DNA of 62,988 nt, the filler included, from Olpidium bornovanus S191 (taxonomy: Eukaryota > Fungi > Olpidiomycota): assembly GCA_017911155.1 (NCBI GenBank). It is 26 parts of 26 records of this genome, joined end to end, with 100 filler letters (N's around TTAATTAATTAA, not from the genome) between each part and the next. Parts side by side here need not be neighbours in the genome. Positions count along the whole stretch, not along the records: positions 23,893 to 25,478 come from JAEFCI010007862.1; positions 25,579 to 30,003 come from JAEFCI010007581.1; positions 30,104 to 31,185 come from JAEFCI010010122.1; positions 31,286 to 32,867 come from JAEFCI010011880.1; positions 32,968 to 34,312 come from JAEFCI010010402.1; positions 34,413 to 36,876 come from JAEFCI010013367.1; 20 more parts are not named here. One strand, given 5' to 3'. Made by a program: the position numbers and the translations under genes. Below, one piece after another: positions 24,139 to 36,876 of the stretch. Numbering within the stretch: position 1 is the stretch's first letter; each line of letters begins with the position of its first letter. The notes under the pieces were generated by a model. That model searched no databases. It was not told where the DNA came from and saw nothing but the letters and a program-made list of their open reading frames with translations.

Positions 24139-25260
24139 GTCACATGTGATAAAAGACTCTGAATAATAAACGCATGGGCGATCCCCCCCCCCCTCAAGTA
24201 TGGTTTTAGAGCTGTGCTGTGTATGTAGTGGTGGACCTAGTCCAATGACTGAGAGGTTATCAGCCAAAGGACGTACGGACGCCTGCCAAAAAAAGAAAAA
24301 AAAATGCAAGGCAGCTGCTGGCAGCCGACAAAAAAAAAGGAAAAAAAAAACTATTTTTGTACGCCACCTGCCGGCAGGCCTTAATAAAAAAAAAAATTAA
24401 CCCTGGGTGGGGGCGTCGTCGACGACAGTGGTAACGGCAGCAGGGACGATGCGGCTCGAAAAGAATTTTTTGTCTAATAATTGTTCTGGTTTGCATTCCC
24501 CTCCCCCTCCCTCCCCCTTCCCCCCCACCGCGCGCGCGCACAGGGGAGCGTTGGTCAACACCCAACACTTGCTGCTGTTAGCCATCGTCCCTGTACGCCG
24601 GCGATTTACGAAAACGCTCCGCCGAAAAAGCCCCGCGGGTGCAGGACCACCTCGTGTCGCGCGTTCTTTAATGATCTTTATCTGTGCTGCAAATGATAAC
24701 CGTTAAGAGCCAGTCGCGCAAAACCGAGCAGGCCGCTGAAAAATTGTGGCTCATCTAAATGCAGCCTGTCTGGTGTATACGGAAGCAGCATGAGAAACTC
24801 GCCACCCCTGAGCTCCCGAATAGCGGCGAACGAATTTTGTTCCACCATACAAGAAGCAATACGTCAGCCATGTGGCAAGTCAGTTGAATCTGCTGTTTGT
24901 AATCGTTTTATGGAACCATCTTTATTTGTCCACGCACTCCGAACTCGTGCCACAAAGCCATTTCTTTATGTTCATCCTGTACTTTTTTTTGGCGAAACCC
25001 CCACTTCCCTCCAGCCACGCAATTCCTAGGCTTGGGATGGCCCCCATTCTCCCCCAACTACTCCAGCACCTACCACATCAGCGGACCATCTTGCCTGCAC
25101 TGCACGCCGCTCGCTGCCCAGCTGCCGGAACACATAGTGCATTACGATGCTGGAGCACATACCAGGTATTGGCGCACCAGGATGCCATTAGGAAGCTGCT
25201 GCTCAATTTGCACTTAAAGGCGAAATGAAGCTGGGTGCATTTAAGCCCAATATAGGTTAT

Positions 25261-25297
25261 AAAGGAGTAAACTGAGTTCGCGGCCGACCCGAACCGC
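25261..25297 (+). repeat. Dispersed 37-bp element, copy 1 (copy 2 at 31523-31559)
   Basis: AAAGGAGTAAACTGAGTTCGCGGCCGACCCGAACCGC versus AAAGGAGTAAGCTGACTTCGCGGCGGACCCGAACCGC: 3 mismatches, on different contigs. Confidence 0.8.
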
Positions 25298-25809
25298 GGA
25301 ATTTCGTAAATGGGTGGGAAGGGATGATTTTTGACTGTCGTTTTTGGAGCCAATCAGGCAGATGGCGGAGCGCAAGCACGAGACGCGACGGTGATGAGAC
25401 GTCGTCGGAAACAGAATGTTCATCAAGGTGTATTAAGGGTTGAGGGGGGGGGGGGGGGGGGGGGGGGGGAGGTGGCGCNNNNNNNNNNNNNNNNNNNNNN
25501 NNNNNNNNNNNNNNNNNNNNNNTTAATTAATTAANNNNNNNNNNNNNNNNNNNNNNNNNNNNNNNNNNNNNNNNNNNNCATTCATGTGAAGCATCTTTTC
25601 GTCCGAGAACAAGTCCACTCACGGCACCTTGAGATTGCTCCGATCGCCGAGACCACTAGACACACCAGTGTGTCTAGCCGCGAGTCACGTGACCATCCAG
25701 ATCAAGACCCAGAGTACGGTGTGTATAGTGCGACAGCGTTGGGGGTAAGCCATAGCACCGGCGGATTCCCATCATGCTGTGGCCGTGTAGATTAATTCCA
25801 AGGCCCGGC

Positions 25810-25940
25810 GCCAGTACCGGCGCCACAATAACGGCCTGTGGAATATCTCCGACCCCGCCGCCAGTACCGGCGCCGTAATAAGAGATAGTACAGAATATCT
25901 CCGAGCATGACGCCAGTACTGGAGCCGCAATACTGGATAT
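25810..25940 (+). repeat. Three tandem ~50-bp units upstream of a TATA-like box
   Basis: GCCAGTAC(C/T)GG(C/A)GCC..AATA starts at 25810, 25860 and 25912. The first two units share GAATATCTCCGA. TATATAAAG follows at about 26039. Confidence 0.7.
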
Positions 25941-26769
25941 TGTGCACCGGTACGCGGTACTGCGCACCGGCGGTACGCGCAGCACTATCAAGATCACACA
26001 CCCGCACAACAGCGCAGGCGTAGGCATTAGGCCGCGCCTATATAAAGCGCTACGCACTGCGTACTTTAGATGTAGATCGTGCACAACATCTAAGCATAGC
26101 ATTCCAGATCCAGATCCAGACCTAGAGTCCAGAGCCAGACTCGTGAAATACAATCTCCAGATAGCGCATTGCGCAGATTAAGTACTTCACTTGTTCAACC
26201 TTTCTGATCCGAGTACCGCACCCACACTTCTCTTTGTCGACAATCAAGGAGCAGTGGAACTTTCTACCAATAATCGACGGGTCAGCAATTATTCCAAGCA
26301 TATTGATGTTTGACATTTCCTTTTCAGGGAACAAGTCAAACTGAAAACAATTAAAGTGGAGCTATCCATACGTCAAGTAACACAGCTGACATTTTTACGA
26401 ACGGTTTACCGAAACCTCGTTTTACGGAATGTGTTACTTCATTGGGTCTTACACCCATTGCCACTTAATTTTTCCTTTGATTCATTTATCTCGTTTAATT
26501 GCGATCAAAAGCTCCTCATTTGCTTCCCTCTCTTATCATTCTGAGTTTTCATCGAGGAGGAGTGTTGAATTTTGTGTTGTTTTTCCTTCTTTGTCTTTAC
26601 TCTCGTTTGAACCACAGGCGGTTAGTTAGAACCCCTTAATGTTTAACCGCTATCTACTGGCTTATAACGCGTAAAACTCTCTCTGAGTAAAACGCCCCAC
26701 GGCGGGCACAAAAACCACAGAAAGAAAACGAACACAACGCCCCCCGTGGCAAAAATACATAACTTAACA

Positions 26770-27030
26770 CTACGGTACCCACGAGCTCGAGCTCCTCGCC
26801 CTCCTCGAGCTCCTCTGGATCGGTCGACCCTACGTCGAGGGCCGCCCCTTCACCACCAAGACGGACCACCAAGCTCTGAAGTGGCTTCAGACCCAGCTGC
26901 AGCTCTCCAGGTTGCAGGCTGCCTGGATCGAGCAGCTTCAGAGCTTCGACATGATCATCCAGTACCTGCCAGGGCGACAGAACAGATTCGCCAATATCCA
27001 TTCTCAGCAGCCGGACTATGCCCCTAACTG
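26770..27030 (+). mobile_element. Ty3/gypsy LTR retrotransposon remnant (RNase H)
   Basis: YGTHELELLALLELLWIGRPYVEGRPFTTKTDHQALKWLQTQLQLSRLQAAWIEQLQSFDMIIQYLPGRQNRFA matches the gypsy RNase H consensus ELELLA...TDH..L...RW...L..FD..I.Y.PG..N..AD. Confidence 0.88.
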
Positions 27031-27362
27031 CCCCAAGTGCGCTGCGCGGGCGCTCACGGCCGCCTCCATCACGACAGGCCACGCCGCCATCTCCAACCGC
27101 ATCGCCGCCGCCTCCAACTCAACAACCCATGCTGCGCTTTGGACCATGCGTCGTACGGGGGGGGGGATGTGCTGTAGCACGGCCCTCGAACCGCCCGTCG
27201 ACCGACGCCACGGAAGGCGGGCAGCGGGCGAAGGGCGGCGGGCGAGGGGCGGCAGGCGAAGGGCGCAGGGCAAAGGGCGACAGGCGGTCGAAGGGCGGCG
27301 GCGGCGGCGGGATCGAGGGCAGGACGGCCCCCGAAACCCGCGGGCCGACCAATAGAATAGTC

Positions 27363-27430
27363 CCCCTCGAAGCCCGCCAATCAAAGAGCGCTTCCCCCCT
27401 TCCGCCCTCGAAGCCCGCCAATCAAAGAGC
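27363..27430 (+). repeat. 26-bp direct repeat containing CCAAT
   Basis: CCCTCGAAGCCCGCCAATCAAAGAGC occurs twice (about 27364 and 27405). A third CCAAT lies at about 27349. Confidence 0.75.
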
Positions 27431-27488
27431 TTTTCCCCTTTCCCCCTTCCCCCCCCCCCGCCCCCCCCGGGGAACCCCCCCCACCCAA

Positions 27489-27536
<48 letters not shown>

Positions 27537-27583
27537 ACCCCCCCCCCCCCCCCCCGGCCCATACCCCCCGGGCCCCAAAAAAA

Positions 27584-27618
<35 letters not shown>

Positions 27619-28217
27619 GCGCCCCGACGCGAAAAGCAAATATCCCCTTCTCACCCCTCTTTCCCTCCGAACTGCCCCAATCCATCCGTCCTCCCCCGTC
27701 CGCCGTGCGGCTTTTCGGGGTGTGCTTCGCCGCGCCGGCAAATTGGCAACTAATTCACACCATATTTTTTACGCGTCGGGCTTTCGTGAGAGGTGGGGGA
27801 AGGCGGAAGAATTGGGGTTATTTGGGTGGGGTCTCCCGCCCGTACTGTCCAAGGCCTCGCCAAGGTCGAGCACCTTGCTCCCACGTGTGAGAAACGATAA
27901 ATAAATATGAAAGGTTTGAACGGTTTTCAGGACGCGTTATGCGAGTTCTGCGCTACAAGGCCGAGATAGTATATGTTGTGTGGCAGGTGGGAAATGGCTA
28001 CGACGAGCGACCCGGGAGCAGAAAGGCGGGGGGGGAGGGGGGCGGATGAATCAACATCAATTAAGATTAAACTAAGATCAAACATCAACTAAGATTAAAA
28101 AAGCGGTCGGACTCTGTTAATTTAGAAAAACAATTAAGGAATAACGAGAAGAAAAAAAAAGTTCGCCGGTGTTGATTGAGTTAAAACCCCCTTTTTATTT
28201 TATAGCCCCTTTTTTTT

Positions 28218-28666
28218 TCACGCTGTTGGCGGCAGCATCTTCCTCATCTCCGAGACCAGCTGCGGGGTCTGCAGGCCGCGGGCGTTGTAGTGTTCCAGCG
28301 CGACTGCGCGCGCCTCGGCCGCCTGCCGGTCGAGCTTCGCCATCCGGTGCCGCTGGTGGTAGCGCATCAGGAGGAGGACGTAAAAGGCGAACGAGGCGGT
28401 ACTGAGGGCGGCTCCGATGAAACCGCACACCTGCGCCCACTCGTTCGTCCAGCAGACGCTGGCCCCACCCCGGATGTTAGAAAAACACAGGAAAACCGGC
28501 GATGAGTTAAATAAAAAAAAAAGATGCGGTAAAAAAAATCGTCCGTTTGTATGACCATCGCCCAGCAAAAAGCGCGCGGGCTTTGCGGGCCGTACTTCCC
28601 AACACTGCAGTGCATGTCTCAATCTCCGTCGTCCCCCACTCCTCGATACCCCTCCCCTTTCACCCT

Positions 28667-28724
<58 letters not shown>

Positions 28725-29607
28725 CCCCTCTCACGTCCTATTTCGATGCGTACCCCCAGTACGTGGGCGAGCCACCGGCCGTCCATGCACGTTCGCACGC
28801 GATCTTGAAGATGTTCTTCCCGCCGCCGGCGGCGCCGGACTTGAGCAGGGTCAGGTATCCGGCTCCAAACGCAAATACGCCAAGGAATATCACCGTCACG
28901 GAGAGCTGGAACCCGAGTTCCAGCCGCGATATGGCCGTCCGGATGCCCTTCTCGCCGACGATGTACGTGTAGATGATGTACGAGTTGAAGAAAAAGGCGA
29001 GCACGGCCACGACCAGGAAAAACAGCTGGGCCGTCACGTTGACGCCCGGCGGCCAGAGGGCCGCTTTCGAGTGGAAAAACAAGTGCAGCGCGCGGGAGAC
29101 CGAGGCGATCACGAATACGCTGGGGGGGGGGGGGGGGGGGGGCCGGAATTCGAGATGGTCCGCAGGCGGCCAAAGCGAACACAACAAACGTCAAACTTCC
29201 GAGAGGTGGGCCCCTTCACGTCCCCCCCCTCCTCCTAATAACAGACATGGAGCACACCTGCAGACGAAGTCCAACGTGCGAACCGCAAGGCGTGCCTAGT
29301 TTCGGCGGGTCACCGAGAGATGGATTGGTTAGTGAACCTTCCTTTTTTTTCGATTTTTTTTTATATTTTTTTGGAGGTGGGCGGGGGTTGTGGGGCAAAA
29401 AGCGCGCTGTTCATTTTGCAAAATGTCGCCGCGAACTCTCACGCAACAGCGGCGTGACTTCAAACACCTTACCTTGCGAACCTGATCGTTAAGTACTTCC
29501 GCCTCGTAGATGCGGCGTTTAGCGTCGCCGACGCCGGGAGCGAAGTCAATCTTGATCTCGTCCCGCGGAAGAGGCGTCTGTTGGAGCTCACGCATTCGAC
29601 CGAACAC
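28218..29607 (-). CDS. Multi-pass membrane protein, possibly MARVEL-like; exon structure approximate
   Basis: Exons carry hydrophobic helices (AQLFFLVVAVLAFFFNSYIIY, LGFQLSVTVIFLGVFAFGAGYL, AQVCGFIGAALSTASFAFYVLLL). Splice donor gtaagg at about 29472. Stop at 28218. Confidence 0.5.
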
Positions 29608-31522
29608 CGCCGGGTTTACCAGCGAGAAATCAGAACAAGCGACGTGCCCGTCAAACGGACCGTTTTCCGGCGAGAGAGGCGCAGGCCGCTGTCAAAGTCG
29701 GCGGGGGAGGGGGAAATGGGTGGTGCGTGCGCGCGGGTCCGAAAGGGTGACGGGAGGGAGCGTGTGCGGTTTTCGGGAGTGGCGGCGGAAGAGGCCCGAA
29801 CGGCACGCGACAGCGCATCGCGCGCGGAAACGCGGGCGACGCGGGGTGAGGGGCGCACGCCGGTTTTTTTTTTTTTTTTTGACATGTATTTTATTTTTGT
29901 CGCCTTGGCGCCTGCGCGGAAACCCCCGCCGCTCACGTGACATCAAAGCGCCTGGGCAGAAATAGCCCCTCTCTCTTAGAGGAGGCCCCCAAACCGCCAG
30001 CAANNNNNNNNNNNNNNNNNNNNNNNNNNNNNNNNNNNNNNNNNNNNTTAATTAATTAANNNNNNNNNNNNNNNNNNNNNNNNNNNNNNNNNNNNNNNNN
30101 NNNCATGCGCGTGCCGAGCCACAACGCGTATCTATTCCTTTCCAGCAGCCTTTCCGGCAGCCCAGCCTGTTGCCCCCATTATTTGGTGGCGTCTTGAAAT
30201 TTTTTTTATTATTGTGGTTTTCTCCGTAACAGATTTGGAATTTTTCCACTCTCCCTCCGTACGCCTAACCCTCTTGAGCTTCTCACTTCACAACAGCGCG
30301 CGTCGCTCAGAACTTCGCAGGTGTCCGCGCGGATCCTGGCGGTCGTCCGGGCAGGTCTTGACGGGCGCCCGCGCGGGTTCCGTCCTGCTACCGTCTTCTC
30401 TGCTGGGGCGCACCGCGCGGGCCGTCCTGCGGTCGGCACCCATGGTTGCGGGTTGGTCCCTCTGCCTCGCTTCCCTCCGCGCGGGGTACTGTCACGGAGT
30501 GCGTTGGCGGGCGGGCTGCACACGCGGGGTTTCCGGGGGGCGGGGGGGGGGGTTCTTGAAGAACGTAGACGGTTTTTCGGGGTACGGAGGAGCTCTGCGC
30601 TGCCGGGGCTGTATTTCCGCCGCCTTTGTTTACTCTATATGTGTACGGGAAAATGGACTACGGTCCAGGGGCGGAGAGTGCGCAGTGCCCCTTTACTATG
30701 CCTCCCCCTTTCCAACAATTCTGGGGTTTATTGCGGGAGTTGAGTCCGGGTCACGCGGCCCCGGCCCGCAAGGGTGCCGGTGGTGGCGGTCCCAGACGGG
30801 GTCCGAGGCGCGCGCGCGCATCACACTTCCGTTGTAGTTGATGCTTTTTGCTTTCCCAATCTCCCGCAGAGCTTTAGTGTTCTGCCATGTTAGTTTGTCC
30901 TCTCCGTACTTGCCGATTGTTCGCAACATGGCGCGGCCTGGTTTCGGCAACGCGTGCCGTCCATTAACGAAAGCCCCGTGCCGACAATAATACTATCAAG
31001 AACTACCACCCTCGATCAATCTGCATTGGCTTCAGTCAATACCCTGGGGAAGAAGACTAAGCCACATGGCCAAGTACCCGGGTGGCAGGGTGGGGGAAGG
31101 GAGGGGGATGTAGCGGGTGCCGGATTCATATCCAAAGAGTAGAAAAGAACGCTGAACGCAAGCTCGCAGAGTGGGGGTAAAAAAANNNNNNNNNNNNNNN
31201 NNNNNNNNNNNNNNNNNNNNNNNNNNNNNTTAATTAATTAANNNNNNNNNNNNNNNNNNNNNNNNNNNNNNNNNNNNNNNNNNNNATAAGTATTAACAGG
31301 TGTTTAACGGCTCAAACAAGCAGGCGGACGACTCCGAGTGGGAGGCATCGAAATTAATCTCACGAGCGCCGATGATCGGCCGGAATTTTTTGGCGCGAGA
31401 AACATGCACGAGAGAGGGGGGGGGGCGGGGTCTCCAAGCGGCTTTTGATCAGGTCACGGTGGTCCTCCGTTCTCTTTATCAGAAAAGTACGTTCACCGGC
31501 GGCCTGAGATAAATAAATAATT

Positions 31523-31559
31523 AAAGGAGTAAGCTGACTTCGCGGCGGACCCGAACCGC
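31523..31559 (+). repeat. Dispersed 37-bp element, copy 2
   Basis: Near-identical to 25261-25297. Preceded by TT (TTAAAGG...) and followed about 60 bp later by ACCCTAACCTAAC. Confidence 0.8.
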
Positions 31560-32382
31560 TACTGGTGGTTACCGGTCACGTGGCGTGACGTTACAGCGAA
31601 AAGCGAAAAAAATTCCTGTAGACCCTAACCTAACGGTTTGGGAATAAAAAGGAGAAAAGAAGAACAGAAAAAGAATTAAATAAAATTAAAAGAAAAAGGA
31701 TTAATGTGCAATTTACCCCTAGGGTGAACATCCCGTTGTTCATTTCACTTTTACTAATTTAGTCACGTTGATTGCTGCCCGTGACCTTGTGCTACGCAGA
31801 AAAGCCATTTCGCATTCCACACCACGCACACAACAGAACACACACGCAACGGACACCGTCCCATATGAAACGTTGTGAAACGACAATTTCTGTTCATGGC
31901 CGAGGCTGAAAATAAACATTCCTAAGTTTAAGAGCAGGCCGAAAGGGCTCACAAGGGAGCAGGGTGGAACCAGGGGAGCAATGGAACCACGGGAGGCGCG
32001 GGCTTGGTGGGCATGAGCGGTGGCAGCGGGCTAGCGACGGCAGGGGAAAAAGTTGCTGTCGACGAATCAGATTTGTACATGCATTGGCTTGAAGTAGAAG
32101 AAACGTTTCTTGACCCCGGCAACCTCGAGGGACACTCGCCGCTGACGAAGCAAGGATGCTCGTCGTCGGAAGGAATTGGCAGAACTCCGGGAATTGAACC
32201 ACTGGGGTTTGCTCAGCAGACAAATAGCCGGCGCCAATTCTGGCCCTTTTCCACTGCGCTTGAATGCTCTCAAGCTGTCTCCCGTTCTTCTCTGATTTGC
32301 TCCGCCTGGTCCTTTTTTGTTCTTTCCTCGCATGTAACTTTCGAGGGTGGGGTTGCTCTGCAACGCCGGCCTCTCTCTACAT

Positions 32383-32486
32383 CTCTCTACAACTGCCCAT
32401 AACATACTTTTATACCGCCGTACGACCGTATGACCGTATGACTCTCTACAACTGCCCATAGCATACTTCTATACCGCCGTATGACC
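32383..32486 (+). repeat. Tandem duplication, 59-bp period
   Basis: CTCTCTACAACTGCCCATA(A/G)CATACTT(T/C)TATACCGCCGTA(C/T)GACC at 32383 and 32442. Confidence 0.85.
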
Positions 32487-32999
32487 CCGAGTTATCATCG
32501 CGGTTGCCCGGTTCTCAGTTCCCGTCTGTCAACGATGACAACCCTGGACGGCTGGGCGCCAAGCGATCGATGGCTTTACCTATAAAGAAAGATCCTGGTT
32601 GCCGGCCCCCCAGTGAACTCGCGATCCCCCCACCACCACCACCACCTCCGTGAAACAACACACACAAGCAAACCAATCTTCTGACTCCGGGGCCAAACAG
32701 ACCGCTAACAACGTGGAGGATCGCGAGCTTCCTCGTGCCTCTGACTATCTTAACGCCGTTCCTTCGTTCACGGGATTCTTGGGGTTGCAGGGTTCGCAAA
32801 CTATGCGGAATTCGCTTTTTGTCTTGGCGGGATTCGGCGGATCCCCAAGAATTGTGGGATTTAAAGGNNNNNNNNNNNNNNNNNNNNNNNNNNNNNNNNN
32901 NNNNNNNNNNNTTAATTAATTAANNNNNNNNNNNNNNNNNNNNNNNNNNNNNNNNNNNNNNNNNNNNGACGGGCACGTGACGTCACCGAGCGTCCGCGC

Positions 33000-33031
<32 letters not shown>

Positions 33032-34412
33032 GGGGGGGAAAAAAAAAAAAAAAAAAGGGAAAGAAAAAAAAACCAACGGGAGTGGCCAAGGGGGGGGGGG
33101 GGGGGGGGGGAATTAATGGGATTAAGTAAGTCGATCTCGACGGGGGGGAAAAGCAAAGGGTTATGCAGCAAAGTGACGTCGGCCCGGCAGCCGACGTCGA
33201 CGCCCTCGTGCGGACGACCATTTGGACGCCGACACCAGCTGCGTGGACCACTTCCGGCAATGGCGGAGCTTCCGGCTGGCCCTTCTTCTGACCGGACGAT
33301 TGTCGACGTCCCGCGAACAACACTTCCAAACGCCCGCTTTTCGAGTTGCCGTCGCCGTCGCCGTCGGCACCCGTCATCCTGGGGGACGCAAAGGCCCCCA
33401 CCATTGTCATACCCCTCGCTCAGGTCCTTCTGCTCTCTTCCTGCATGGAGGTCCAAAGGCGCACCAAGTAGTACCGCAGGAGACGAGCCCGCCACTCCTT
33501 CATCCTCCCAGTCTAGACGGCCGCCAATTGGCACCGACGGTGGAGGATTTTCCGGCTTCCCGAGCTAAAGGCACCTTTGCCGCCCACCGATCGCGCGTCA
33601 TCGTCGTTGGTTCTGACCCTCGCCCTTCTCGTCCCGTGGAAGGTGCCCTCGAAGCCCCTGCCGTTACCGCCGCCGCAAACCCCACCGTAGCCTGGGCGGC
33701 GAATGCGAACAACGAGCTGCGGATTGCGGCTGTCGCCTGCGTCGCCATTCCGGTAGCCCCCGACGCGGCAACCACAGCCGCCTGCACTGTCACAACCCCT
33801 CCTTTCAAAGGGCGGGGGCGCCCACCAAAACGGAACACCCCCTGCAAAGAGCAAGGGACGCGCACCAGAACGGAGTCCTCCTTTTGGCAGGCAAGGGGCA
33901 CATACTGGAGAACGGCCTCCCCAACGAAGCACGTGTTGTGGTTCGGGCGAAAAGCGTTTGGTGTTTATTACAGAGGTCGGTGAGGGTTTTATGTACTACT
34001 TATCGATGGGTCACGTGCTCACGTGGCATCGGTATCGATGCAATAGAGGTCGGCATCAGAGGGAGGACATGGGGTGTCGATATGGAAAGGTATAGATATT
34101 TGATAACAGACCAATGAATATTAAAATAACGGTAACACGGGCCATTTCTTTCTTAAAGCTTAACCTAAACCTTAAACATCCATTATGTTTTTCATGGAAA
34201 TTATGAGGATAACCCTGGCATTTGCTCAGGAAATTCACGGAGACGTCAAAATTTTTGGAAATATTGAGCTGTTCTTCCACGGTAAGATTGCACGGTAAGT
34301 GTTTTTTTGTACNNNNNNNNNNNNNNNNNNNNNNNNNNNNNNNNNNNNNNNNNNNNTTAATTAATTAANNNNNNNNNNNNNNNNNNNNNNNNNNNNNNNN
34401 NNNNNNNNNNNN

Positions 34413-36876
34413 AATGTCGAACTGCCGAAACAGTTGCAAAGAACTCAATTTGCGGATAGATTTATGGAAGCCATTGGGGTCGCCGCCGCAGAGCCTGCCG
34501 AGTCCCACGAAGGCAAGCGTTTTGGGGTTCATGCGCTAAGTCTGCGAATTCGGAAACGGAACGCTGTACGGAATCCCGTCTTACCCGCGGGCTTTTGACG
34601 AATTTCACAATAGATGCTGTTGAAATAGCCTTGGAGGCCAAGCGCAACCCGCTCAGCTTTCTCGAAAAGCGAATAAGAAAGAAGTTCAGCGCGACTGTTA
34701 CGGACGAAACCGTTACGGAAATCTCTCCTCACGAGAATGTTCGCCAGCGGGAGGCAGACACTCTCCGAAAACGGAGGCGCAGTTCACATGGCAAAGTAAA
34801 AGAGTCGGTGTCGGATGCTCTTCAACCTTTATCGTCAGCTCATTGCCCCGAAAATAAGCTGCGTTCTTCTGCGGCCCAGCTCACCAAGCAGGCTTCCGAG
34901 TCCTCATCGCAGATGTCGACATCGGCGTGCATGGCAGCCTCTGCCCTTCCTCCGATTGACCCGATGAAAATGGTGACTCCCGCGCGGCCAGTTTCCAAAC
35001 GCCTCCCCGGGTCGTCGCCCCACACCTCGACATCCGCTGGCTCGGCGCATTACGGTTCTCAGACAGCAGCATTGCCCACTTCGGCCCGGCGAAATACGCG
35101 GGGCCTGTCCGACTCCTCAACGAGGGGGTCCGTGTCCACCGGCGAAGTTATTACCACTCCTTCGCCTTCCCGCCCGGGCCCCGCCTCCATTCCTGCAAAA
35201 AAACGCAGAAAACTTTCGGCGACGGTGTCGACACCGGTTGTCGACTCTGGCGAGGCGACCAGTACGCCTGTGACACCTAGGCATGACAAACCTCGTGTTT
35301 TGGTGGAAATTCGGAGTAGAATTTCGTTTTCTGCCAGCTCGCCGGGGTCGCAAGACCAAGATTTTAACGACAATTCGCCAACTGCTAAGCCAATTGGTGA
35401 ATTTTCGGTGGATATCCCAACGGTTCAAGCTTCGTCCCCTCGGCGAAAGTCAATGTCCTCCCGAGGCCCCGTTTTATCATCCCGTGCAGGTAGGAGCAGC
35501 ACTTCCACAGCACCTCCATATGATTCTCCTTGTCGTCGCGTTTCGATACCTAACGAGCCGACTATGCTTCCGGACCAGGCGAAAAGCTCAACGAGGTGCT
35601 GTACGAACTCTTTGCCGCCGAAGATAGTCTGGATGCGAATGATGCTCAAGGCAGGCTCTTGTCCGAAATATTTGTACCGGATGCCAACCCGGATGCAACT
35701 CCGATAGTCACCACGGACTTTCTGAGAAAGGTCGTCAGTCTTGTCAACAAATGCGCTGGCGCAGGCAAGCTGGACCAGGTGGAAGACGGCAAGCTTACGC
35801 GCCTGATGAAGATACTAGACGCGCAAATTCGGGCCGTCGAGTCTCTCGATCTCCCGTTCGGCGAAAATGCAGAGACAGACGAGTGCGACTCGGCAACAAC
35901 GCCCACCAGGCGTAAGTCAAAAGGAAGATGCGGGATGCAGGTTGGCGAGAGGGACGGAGCAGAAGATGACGGCGAAGACGACGAGGCGGAAGTGTCAGAA
36001 TTCGCAGAACAGGTTACAGTGAAGGTCGAGAAAATTCTCAATGGCGTTGAAGCGGCGATCTTGGCCCTTACGATGCTTAGCCAGGCCAAGTTGCCTAAAC
36101 ACGTATGTTTGTACGCGTGTTTGTGTTTGGTCCTCTCTCTCGTTAAGCTGAACTTGTGAACTTTAGCTGTACTCCGAGGATTTGATTGGCGCATGCATCA
36201 ATCTCAGCCGAATTCACCTAGCAAACACAGTTATCCCTGCGCTACGTGCGTCTGCGCTTGTGAAAAATCAGGAACAGTTTGCCGCGAACGGTCGTCAAAT
36301 GATGCAGCTCCGCCGTCTGCTGCGCCACGGTTCGCTTAAGCGCTTGCTGACCGTCGTCATGCCGACTGCGGTCAGCACGCTTTTCCAGCGTCTGTTCGAC
36401 GTGATACAGCTGACGCGGCTGTCCGATAGTCTCGTCGTCTCGGTTGGATATGCGTCTGTGATGCCGTTTTTTGTCGACATGCCAACAGGGGTTACGCGGG
36501 CGTCTGCGGGGCTTGCCGAAGAAAGAACGCTTGACGGCATCCGGCTCGCGTGCCTGGGTCTGTTGAGGACGGTGGGTCTTGCGGAGGTCTTCGGTGTCCA
36601 TTTGCTGCTAACCCCTGCTGATTAGTTATGGTGACCTTGACAGATATTTGCGCATCATCCGGCGCAGAGGAACTGGATCCTGGAAGAGATTATGACTTCG
36701 CTTCTGAAATTGCCCAGCACACCCCGGAATGCTAGGCATTACTGGTATGGTAAATGGCTTGATGTTCGCAAGATGCACTTTTCCTCTAGCCCTTACCGTT
36801 TTCTTCGATTCAGTCTTCCAGACGGAAAAAACGTGCAGATGATATCTGCGTTGCTCCTTCAACTGCTTCAGTCATG
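34413..36876 (+). CDS. SCC2: Cohesin loader Scc2/Mis4/NIPBL, N-terminal half, truncated
   Basis: Long S/P-rich N-terminus. Intron 35490-35578 (branch point ctaac) restores frame into EKLNEVLYELFAAED. Later exons read IFAHHPAQRNWILEEIMTSLLKLP and LPDGKNVQMISALLLQLLQS, typical of Scc2/Nipped-B. Confidence 0.88.

Noticed and set aside
30696-31060. KALREIGK (histone H3-like) and RVVVLDSII (Walker B-like) fragments
   Set aside because: They are isolated short matches in different frames with no supporting surrounding motifs.
31622-31634. Telomere (ACCCTAACCTAAC)
   Set aside because: Only about two degenerate units, internal to a contig. Kept only as a possible part of the dispersed element.
33800-33835. 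AT-hook (KGRGRPPKR) protein
   Set aside because: A single short motif in a low-complexity ORF with no splice or codon evidence for a gene.
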